Positions 57,089 through 64,000 of a DNA stretch of 64,000 nucleotides are shown piece after piece. Numbering within the stretch: the first letter of the stretch is position 1; every line of letters begins with the position of its first letter. The DNA comes from a virus (taxonomy: Duplodnaviria; Caudoviricetes): IMG/VR virus record IMGVR_UViG_3300030376_006203, positions 64,001 to 128,000 of that record. The stretch is one strand, 5' to 3'. The notes under the pieces were generated by a model. That model did no database searches and was not told where the DNA came from. It saw only the letters and a list, made by a program, of their open reading frames with translations. The position numbers and the translations under genes were made by a program.

Positions 57089-57367
57089 ATGAACTTTTTA
57101 CAATTTGTATCAGAAGTAGGATTTCCAATAGCAGGTGCTGTGGCATCTGGTGTGTTCATATTCATCATTTTAAAATTTATATTAGCCACTGTGACAGGGT
57201 CTGTGAATGGTCTTAAAAACATCATTAAAGCACTGGACAACAGAGTTCAGACCATGAACAATGATCTAATTAAGATTGATGCTTTGCTTTCACACGTGAC
57301 TGGAGTCAAACCCAATGTTGATAGACTTGCCGCCAACGAAGGCAAGGAAGATGCGAGGAAAGACTAG
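57089..57367 (+). CDS. small single-TM protein, paralogue A
   Basis: VGFPIAGA TM, then ALDNRVQTMNNDLIKID. Confidence 0.7.
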   Translation: MNFLQFVSEVGFPIAGAVASGVFIFIILKFILATVTGSVNGLKNIIKALDNRVQTMNNDLIKIDALLSHVTGVKPNVDRLAANEGKEDARKD

Positions 57368-57634
57368 ATGATCACACTTGAATTTGCCAACGCAATCAAA
57401 GAATTTGGATTCCCTATTGTAGCCGCATTTGGTTTGGGTTACTTTGTTTACTATGTGTGGACTTGGGTAACCAAAGAAATAAAACCTGTATTGGGCGAAG
57501 CCAACACAACACTGATAGCACTCATAGATAGAATAAGAATGTTAGACAATGACATGATACGTTTAACACAAAAGTTAAACATGGTGCTTGAACACAAAGA
57601 AAAGCAAGACAAGAAAAAATCTAAGAAGACTTAA
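57368..57634 (+). CDS. small single-TM protein, paralogue B
   Basis: FGFPIVAA TM, then ALIDRIRMLDNDMIRL. Confidence 0.7.
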   Translation: MITLEFANAIKEFGFPIVAAFGLGYFVYYVWTWVTKEIKPVLGEANTTLIALIDRIRMLDNDMIRLTQKLNMVLEHKEKQDKKKSKKT

Positions 57635-59552
57635 CAGTATATACTTTAATATTCTCAGTCTTACCTTTGACTGTGATGCTGTCTATATAATCAAACGGGT
57701 AAACAGTTTCAATGGTGTGTCTTGTGTCCTCACCTATCACTATGGTCTTGCCTAATGTTTTGCTTGAACTTTCTAATCTACTTGCTAGGTTAACTGCGTC
57801 ACCAATCACTGAGTAATCAAATCTCTGTTCCGATCCCATGTTACCAACCAATGCGTCACCTGTATTGATTCCTATCCCTATGTTTATTTGAGGAAGTCCT
57901 TCTGCTTGAAGACGTACATTTAATTCTGCTAGTGCCTTAGTCATCTCAAGAGCACTCTTAACTGCCATCTCTCTATGTTTTTTATTTTCAATAGGTGCGT
58001 TCCAGAATGCCATGATACAGTCACCCATGAACTTGTCTATGGTTCCACCATTTGATATTATCACATCTGTCATGCGTGTTAAGAATCTGTTAATCAATTT
58101 TGTTAGTCCTGCTGGATTGCCTTTGTACTTCTCACTGATAGGTGTGAAGCCTCTGATGTCACAGAACAAGAATGTCATGTTCCTTGTTTCGCCACCCAGT
58201 TTCAACAGAGATGGATCCTTCTGTAATTTTTTAACCATGCCAGGATCAAGATAGTGTTCAAACTGTTTCTTAATTTGTTGTCGCAGTCTGCTCTGTGTGG
58301 CAAAATTATTGTACACAGAATGAGACCAAATCAAAAACACAGACAACATTATCCAAGATGGATCTACAAGAAATCCTCTGTTGGTGTATGCCATGAATGA
58401 TCCGTAGGCAACACCTACTTCCACAAACAACAATAGAGGCACAGCCAACAACACACTGGTTCTAGGTAATACCATTATCAACAATAATAGTAACAGTGCC
58501 ATAAACACAATTTCATAAGTGTCTGCTTGAGGTGTACGCAACAAATATTTGTCTGTGAGTAAAGTATCTAATGCTTGGGCAGTTATGTTCTGATCTGTTG
58601 TAAGTCCGTGTGGTGTATATTTTAACACACTCAATCCCGCGGCATCTAAACCAACAATCACAATTCTATTTTTTATTTTGTTTTCATTGTAATTGCCTGA
58701 AAGAATATCACTTGCTGTCATATTCACATACATTGTAGGATCAGCATAGTTGATATACATTTCTGCATGATGATTCACAGGTATGCCTGCTTTTTTACTC
58801 ACAAGCACTTCATCTATGCCATGTTGTTTGGCTACAACTTTAATTCTTTTTGAATTGTTTAACAACCTAACATTTTCTAATATCATGCTGGGATAAATTT
58901 TTCCATTTATTCTAATCAACACAGGCATTTTTCTTACCACAGCATCTGGTTCTGGTGATGTTACATTTACTCCCATACCAGTGGCACCTGCTGAGACTTT
59001 TGCGTGTGGAGAAACAATGCCACCAAACTCATACAACCATGGTTTGACATTGCCCTTTTCGATAATCTTTGTGGTGCTGGGTAAATTTGTATCAGACTCA
59101 TTTTTCACACTCATCATGAGTACTGCTTTATTTGATTCTTTCAACACTATAGAAAACACAGCATCTGTATCCAATAAAATATTACTCAATTGATCCCGCA
59201 CATCATTAGTCATGGGCATTGATTTTAAATATTCAACGCCACTCATTCTATCTGGTTCAGCAAATAATATATTGTAGTTCACAAGTATGGCACCAGCATC
59301 AGACAGTTTAGCATGAAGCATAGCCATTATGTGTCTGGGCCATGGCCATTGCCCATATGTTTTTAAATCTTGTTCTGTGATGTTTACCACAGTGACTGAA
59401 TCACTTACAATCTGTCTTGGTTGTATTGTTTGAAATTTGTCCCATGTCTTGTATCTTAAAATTTTTATTGTGTCACTGTTGTCTATTCTTATTCCAGTCA
59501 ACACTATGGCAAACACAATCACCATCCATATGCTTGTTAAAAATTTATTCAT
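57621..59552 (-). CDS. CHASE2-domain class III adenylate cyclase
   Basis: GQWPWPR, FAEPDR and DAVVRK.P (CHASE2); three TMs; FCDIRGFT, DKFMGDCIM, GIGINTG, RFDYSVIGDAVNLASRLE and VKGK. Confidence 0.93.
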   Translation of the reverse strand: MNKFLTSIWMVIVFAIVLTGIRIDNSDTIKILRYKTWDKFQTIQPRQIVSDSVTVVNITEQDLKTYGQWPWPRHIMAMLHAKLSDAGAILVNYNILFAEPDRMSGVEYLKSMPMTNDVRDQLSNILLDTDAVFSIVLKESNKAVLMMSVKNESDTNLPSTTKIIEKGNVKPWLYEFGGIVSPHAKVSAGATGMGVNVTSPEPDAVVRKMPVLIRINGKIYPSMILENVRLLNNSKRIKVVAKQHGIDEVLVSKKAGIPVNHHAEMYINYADPTMYVNMTASDILSGNYNENKIKNRIVIVGLDAAGLSVLKYTPHGLTTDQNITAQALDTLLTDKYLLRTPQADTYEIVFMALLLLLLIMVLPRTSVLLAVPLLLFVEVGVAYGSFMAYTNRGFLVDPSWIMLSVFLIWSHSVYNNFATQSRLRQQIKKQFEHYLDPGMVKKLQKDPSLLKLGGETRNMTFLFCDIRGFTPISEKYKGNPAGLTKLINRFLTRMTDVIISNGGTIDKFMGDCIMAFWNAPIENKKHREMAVKSALEMTKALAELNVRLQAEGLPQINIGIGINTGDALVGNMGSEQRFDYSVIGDAVNLASRLESSSKTLGKTIVIGEDTRHTIETVYPFDYIDSITVKGKTENIKVYTVKSS

Positions 59553-59914
59553 CCTAATTCTTTCAGTCCTTCAAGTATGCCAATTGATACGCCAAAGAAC
59601 AGTGAAAGTCCTAACATTATCACAGGACTTAATAACCACAAGTACCAGTAGTAACGAAATATATTCTGTCCTCTTGCCAATCTTATTTTACGTTGATCCA
59701 AAAACCAATGCACTATTCTTTTTATAAAGCCTTTGATATGTTTGTTTACAAATTTATTCAACAACCAACGTATCACTCTCATCACAATCAGTATGGGAGA
59801 ACTCAGCACATCAAACACAATCAGGAACACATCAACACTGAAGTCTACAATGTTGTCTGCTGTGCAGGCTTTCTTCCATCTCTCTTTAAGTGTAAGTTTC
59901 TTTTGTTCTTCCAT
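59549..59914 (-). CDS. membrane protein
   Basis: Two hydrophobic segments; coupled between HlyD and the cyclase. Confidence 0.65.
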   Translation of the reverse strand: MEEQKKLTLKERWKKACTADNIVDFSVDVFLIVFDVLSSPILIVMRVIRWLLNKFVNKHIKGFIKRIVHWFLDQRKIRLARGQNIFRYYWYLWLLSPVIMLGLSLFFGVSIGILEGLKELG

Positions 59915-59915
59915 T

Positions 59916-60641
59916 TTATCTTTCTTGTAGTGCTTGACCAATGCTGTTATGGAATGGTGTTGTAATATAACTTAAAATTGTTCGCTCTCCAGTCAAAACA
60001 AAAACGTGTACCTGTACACCCGGCACCAACTTATACTGCATTTCTCCATTGGCAAAAGCCTGAGAATCTAATTCTAATTCTATTTCATAGTAAGACATTG
60101 TTTGTTTTTGTACAGCATCAGGCGATATAGATATTATCTTTGCTCCTATAGGAAGATATGTAAATGCTTCAGAACTTGCCAATTTTATTTTTGCTGATTG
60201 TCCTACTTCAACATAACCTCTGTCTTTAACTTGTAATTGTCCTTGAACAATTAATTTTTGATCTAGTGGTACCAACACTGCCAAAGCATCACCTTGTTTA
60301 ACAACTGATCCTGGATTTTTAAACGTAAGTTCTTGTATCTTTCCATCTATGTTTGCTTTGATATGATAAGGTTCATAGCCTACACCTGGATTGATTGTGA
60401 TTATGATGTCGCCTTTGTTGACCACATCTCCTTGTTTGTGATTTACTTTTACAATCTCTCCTGTAACCATGGTGCCAAGTGTTGTAATATTTTTCTCAGG
60501 TACAACCAGTCCATTGGCAACAGTGGTTATGTCAACTTTAGAAAATGACATCCACACAAAGAACACAACAAATAGACTTGTCAACAAGACAAAGAATTTA
60601 TTGTTTGATGAAACTGATGATTTCTGTTGTTGCTCTATCAC
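59916..60641 (-). CDS. HlyD/AprE-family T1SS membrane fusion protein lacking the alpha-helical hairpin
   Basis: N-terminal TM, lipoyl halves GDVVNKGDII / IKANIDGKI, ISPDA and LVPG...TGERTILSYITTP...ALQER; GTG start after AAGGAGG. Confidence 0.85.
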   Translation of the reverse strand: MIEQQQKSSVSSNNKFFVLLTSLFVVFFVWMSFSKVDITTVANGLVVPEKNITTLGTMVTGEIVKVNHKQGDVVNKGDIIITINPGVGYEPYHIKANIDGKIQELTFKNPGSVVKQGDALAVLVPLDQKLIVQGQLQVKDRGYVEVGQSAKIKLASSEAFTYLPIGAKIISISPDAVQKQTMSYYEIELELDSQAFANGEMQYKLVPGVQVHVFVLTGERTILSYITTPFHNSIGQALQER

Positions 60642-61350
60642 GTTGTTTTATTGCCTCCTTTGCTTTGGCATATTTGTTAGCACCTTGCAGTGCTCTTGCC
60701 GCCAATATGTTTGAACCTATTAGTAGTCCCACATCCAATGAGCCTGCGATAATTTGTGTCGCACCTACTGACATAATAACCACTGTCATAAGTCCTGTTA
60801 AAAATATTTCTAAATTTGTTGTGCTGTGAATCTGCAGGCTTAGGTTCATTCGTTGTGCTGTCAACACTATCATTATAATCATGAATATAGCCGCAATTAT
60901 TGCCGCTGTCCAATTTATGTACAGCAACACAATAAGAAATGCCAACACGAATGGCCAATCTAGAATCCAACCGGTTGTGGCTGATGTCCTCATATTTTTT
61001 ATTGTTGTGCCTGCACCATCCAACTTTTTATATTGCTCGGCTGTGAGTTGTCCTGCTTTGCTGAATTTTTCTCCAAATGCTTTCAACAGAGGATCGTAAA
61101 CACGTTGGTTGTGTGCTGTCATCATTGCGCCTCTATTCTGTCTGAATCCAAATTCAAACGCCAGCAACATAATGGCTCCCATAGCCAAAGATATTAATGT
61201 TGATGTAACTCCTGATGCTAGATATTTGTTTAACACAATTATCACAAACAACGCAGGTGCCAAGGCACAGATGTTGATGATCAAACTGCTTGTTAATAGC
61301 ATTATAGCATTCGATTTATCGCGGAATAACTGTCGTAAAAAACTTGTCAT
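60598..61350 (-). CDS. T1SS ABC exporter transmembrane domain only (no NBD)
   Basis: S.IINI.ALA.ALFVI.VL, TL.SL, FEF.FR, LD.PF and G.L.VG.LIG.NILA.RAL (LapB/LssB-like); ends just after TM6. Confidence 0.8.
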   Translation of the reverse strand: MTSFLRQLFRDKSNAIMLLTSSLIINICALAPALFVIIVLNKYLASGVTSTLISLAMGAIMLLAFEFGFRQNRGAMMTAHNQRVYDPLLKAFGEKFSKAGQLTAEQYKKLDGAGTTIKNMRTSATTGWILDWPFVLAFLIVLLYINWTAAIIAAIFMIIMIVLTAQRMNLSLQIHSTTNLEIFLTGLMTVVIMSVGATQIIAGSLDVGLLIGSNILAARALQGANKYAKAKEAIKQRDRATTEIISFIKQ

Positions 61351-61378
61351 ATATAGTAGTATTTAATTGATTTGGTAA

Positions 61379-63115
61379 TTAAAGAAGTGGGTCCACAAGA
61401 CCTAACACCTTGTGCAGTTGATATCTAGCAATCTGCCAATCTATCAATGCGTTGGCATAGGCAACTTCACTCATTATGTGTGCTGTCTTCATGCCAAACA
61501 CAGCCATGATAGGTGAATTTCCTGCTTGAAAATCTGCCAGTGTCAATTTGTACATTTCATCGTTGATTTCAACTGTTCTTTTCAAAGTAGCCAGATTCTT
61601 TTCAACCAACACATAATTGTTCCAAGCATTATCAAACTGTTCTTGTGTGGTTCTTAACACATCCGTATATCTAAAGTTTGCGGCATTCAAACGAGAACGG
61701 TCTGCGTTTGTCAAGTGTCTGTTTTTAAAATTAAACAGTTTCCATGTCATTGTGATGTCTGCTCTCCACTCTTCTTTTTGTGAATTATGTGTGTCATAAC
61801 CACCACCTAGTTCACCGTCCTTCTCTGTGTATGAAAGTTTGCCGTCAACTCTAGGTTTGAATTCCGCACGGTCAAAATTTAATTGTTCTTGAGCAATCGT
61901 GATATCCATGCTGGCAATACGCAGTGTGGTATTATTGGACACTGGAGTTCCTTGTACAGGAATCATGCCCAATGCATCCACTAAAGGTTTTGGCATACCT
62001 GCGATGTTGTGTGGCTTGAATCTCCAAACGTTTTGGAATCTCTGTATCGCACTATCAAGACCTAGTCTGCTTGTCATTGAAAGTGTTTGATATGTTCTGT
62101 ATTGTTGTTCTATTTGCAGTTGTTCCAATTTAGAACCTTCACCTTTTTTAACTTTTTCTATTGTCATAGCAAGTGTAACTTTAGCATTGGCTTCTACTTT
62201 TTTATTGGCTTCGTGTGTGTTGTATGCTTTCATCAAGTTTAACCAAGCATTGATTGCCTCAATGATCACATCTTCTTTTACCAGTTCTAATCTGTAGTGT
62301 GCCTGTTGAGCAGTTGCTTTGGCTTTGTCTATCATGGCATTGGTTCTGCCTGCGTCCCAAATCATTTGTGTGATTGTGATTGACTTTTGAATACCTTGTT
62401 TAGAATCATGTGTGATTGTGTTGTTGGGATATGTACCTTTAGCAGGAGTTCTGTCGTCTTCCCAGTTGTTGCCAATTGATATAGAAACTTGCGGATAGTA
62501 TGCTGTGTATTCTGATTTGAGTGCCTCAACAGCCGCTTCGTAATCAAGTTCTGCCGCTTTGATCTTTTCGTTCTCAACAATCAGTCTTGGTAACAATTCA
62601 TGAAACTGCATCCATGTAATTTTTTGATCAGCATCAACATCAGCCCATTCTTTTTCAGTAGCCTGTTCTACCAATTTCTCATCTGCTTTGGCATCTATTT
62701 CTTTTTTAGCAATTTCTTTTTTTACTTCAGGCTTCTGTGTTTCTTCAACAGATGTTTCTGCCAGTTTCTTTTTCTCAATGTGTTCTTTAACTTTGTCTTC
62801 TGTTGCTATTACTTCTTTTTCAATTTTTTCTAACTTTTCTACCTTCTCTGTGGCTTTGGGAGCCTCTTCAACTTTGTCTTTGAATTTCTTTATGGGATTT
62901 TCTTTTTTCTTTTTGGGTGCTTCAACTATCTCTATGGTTAATCCTTCCACAGGTTTGGATCTAATCCTTGCTTGATTATCACCACACTTCTCTTGGATAT
63001 AAGTTTCTGTTTCCTCAACCACTTCCCATTCACAACCTCCACTGTCTTCCGCAAAGACGGCTATGTTCCAATTGAACATAATTGCTATCAAAATGTAGTG
63101 TACGAGTTTGTTCAT
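61379..63115 (-). CDS. tolC: TolC-family outer membrane channel with N-terminal E/K-rich extension
   Basis: Signal peptide; YYPQVS, ITQMIWDAGRT, KGEGSKLE, FKPRVD, WKLFN, FQAG.SPI and YQL...LG repeats. Confidence 0.85.
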   Translation of the reverse strand: MNKLVHYILIAIMFNWNIAVFAEDSGGCEWEVVEETETYIQEKCGDNQARIRSKPVEGLTIEIVEAPKKKKENPIKKFKDKVEEAPKATEKVEKLEKIEKEVIATEDKVKEHIEKKKLAETSVEETQKPEVKKEIAKKEIDAKADEKLVEQATEKEWADVDADQKITWMQFHELLPRLIVENEKIKAAELDYEAAVEALKSEYTAYYPQVSISIGNNWEDDRTPAKGTYPNNTITHDSKQGIQKSITITQMIWDAGRTNAMIDKAKATAQQAHYRLELVKEDVIIEAINAWLNLMKAYNTHEANKKVEANAKVTLAMTIEKVKKGEGSKLEQLQIEQQYRTYQTLSMTSRLGLDSAIQRFQNVWRFKPHNIAGMPKPLVDALGMIPVQGTPVSNNTTLRIASMDITIAQEQLNFDRAEFKPRVDGKLSYTEKDGELGGGYDTHNSQKEEWRADITMTWKLFNFKNRHLTNADRSRLNAANFRYTDVLRTTQEQFDNAWNNYVLVEKNLATLKRTVEINDEMYKLTLADFQAGNSPIMAVFGMKTAHIMSEVAYANALIDWQIARYQLHKVLGLVDPLL

Positions 63116-63134
63116 TATATACCTATATTTAGCA

Positions 63135-64000
63135 TTATCCAGAAACCACCACTTCTGAGATCAATGCTGACTCTGTCTCGATCAGTGCGTAGTTGATGTC
63201 ATCAAATTGTGAGAAATTACTCAGGTCAAGATATGCGTTGTAGCCTGTGGTGTTTGCGACCGTGACTGTGTTGCCGATCTCCACTGACCAACTGCCACCG
63301 CTGTATGTGACCGGTGTCACTTTGAAAGAGTAGTCGCCTGTGGCATCAGAGTCCTGTGTCAGATAGTCCTCTGAGTCATCCAGGATCTTGATCTTGTCCA
63401 GATTGAAAGTGTCAGTGGTCTCCCAAAGGTCACCGTCTCCGTCCCTATCGTATCCTATCACACCATAGTGGTCATCCGCCTGTGTGGGTGTTGGTCCGGC
63501 GTCCATGTCTGTGTTGAAGGCCCAATATACAGAGTCCGCCGAGTCATCCCACACAAGGTCAATGTGGTCCATACCACCACCGATGTACACGTTGTTGCCC
63601 AGGTGTATGGCCTCAACAGCGGTGATGTCGTTCTCTGCGGTGTGCGTTCCTGAGCCAACTGTGTCTCTGAATACTGGAATGAATTCCGAGTCAACCACTA
63701 TGCCTGCACCGTCGGATTCTGTCATTGCGTCCTCGTTCTGTTCTTGAAGCCACGTGGCAATTTCCTTGTGGTGATTCGTACTTCCGATGTAACCCGAAGA
63801 ACTGTGACCGTCGATGTCACCCCAGGCAAGGAATGTTCCTGTGTATTCTGCTTCTGTGTCCTCTCTGCTCCATTCCGCTATCGCACCCTCATTGCCGTCA
63901 CCGTTTGAGGAAACTAGATCTCCCCTACCCATGTATTCCTTGTGATAGACTGATGTGGAACCTCCCACAGTTGCACTCAACACACTATTGGTGTCACTCC
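63135..64000 (-). CDS. C-terminal part of a large acidic D/G/T-rich protein (5' end off window); candidate secreted substrate/adhesin
   Basis: Frame is open to the window edge; DRDGDGD Ca-binding-like motif; visibly higher GC than the rest of the window. Confidence 0.65.
   Translation of the reverse strand, partial: SDTNSVLSATVGGSTSVYHKEYMGRGDLVSSNGDGNEGAIAEWSREDTEAEYTGTFLAWGDIDGHSSSGYIGSTNHHKEIATWLQEQNEDAMTESDGAGIVVDSEFIPVFRDTVGSGTHTAENDITAVEAIHLGNNVYIGGGMDHIDLVWDDSADSVYWAFNTDMDAGPTPTQADDHYGVIGYDRDGDGDLWETTDTFNLDKIKILDDSEDYLTQDSDATGDYSFKVTPVTYSGGSWSVEIGNTVTVANTTGYNAYLDLSNFSQFDDINYALIETESALISEVVVSG

Noticed and set aside
59916-61350. Calling the short ABC and HlyD genes pseudogenes
   Set aside because: Frames, starts and terminal motifs are intact, and the deletions are in-frame and domain-precise. 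Decay is not excluded but is less parsimonious.
608-63747. Numerous 60-130 aa plus-strand and nested ORFs in the ORF track
   Set aside because: They are antisense or out-of-frame shadows of well-supported minus-strand genes, with no motifs or RBS. Only plus-strand ORFs in real gaps with TAAATA motifs were kept.
1-64000. Stop-codon reassignment, or a cellular rather than phage origin
   Set aside because: Conserved genes are full length in code 11. Host-like genes are interleaved with virion genes and T4-type late motifs, and no cellular operons (rRNA, ribosomal protein clusters) are present.

Overview
This window is a gene-dense, AT-rich segment of a large lytic T4-like/jumbo marine phage. 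Almost all genes lie on the minus strand and use the standard code. The host is most likely an alphaproteobacterium (SAR11-like), inferred from a circularly permuted two-piece tmRNA, a hemO/pcyX cassette, DUF1178 and low GC. From left to right it contains: (1) tail fibre/baseplate genes (1-10.6 kb); (2) a long block of host-like auxiliary genes: IscA, SOD, UvsE, four 2OG-Fe(II) oxygenases, a glycosyltransferase, QueD, DNA ligase, a lysine dehydrogenase + P6C/AASA dehydrogenase pair, bS21, ClpP, ClpS, HemO, PcyX, Hsp20, lipoproteins, a GH73 glucosaminidase, tmRNA, Csp, glutaredoxin, NrdAB and NfuA; (3) a cluster of probable head/virion proteins with shared MKxxE-type N-termini (49.4-57 kb); (4) a late-promoter module encoding a large acidic protein, TolC, an ABC transmembrane domain with no ATPase, an HlyD adaptor with no alpha-hairpin, and a CHASE2 adenylate cyclase. 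The most novel-looking signals are that stripped-down type I secretion-like/cAMP module, two matching A_AAA_AAG -1 frameshift sites, a pseudoknot leader on queD, a ROSE-like thermometer on hsp20, and the lysine catabolism operon. All family calls come from motif recognition by eye; no database searches were run.
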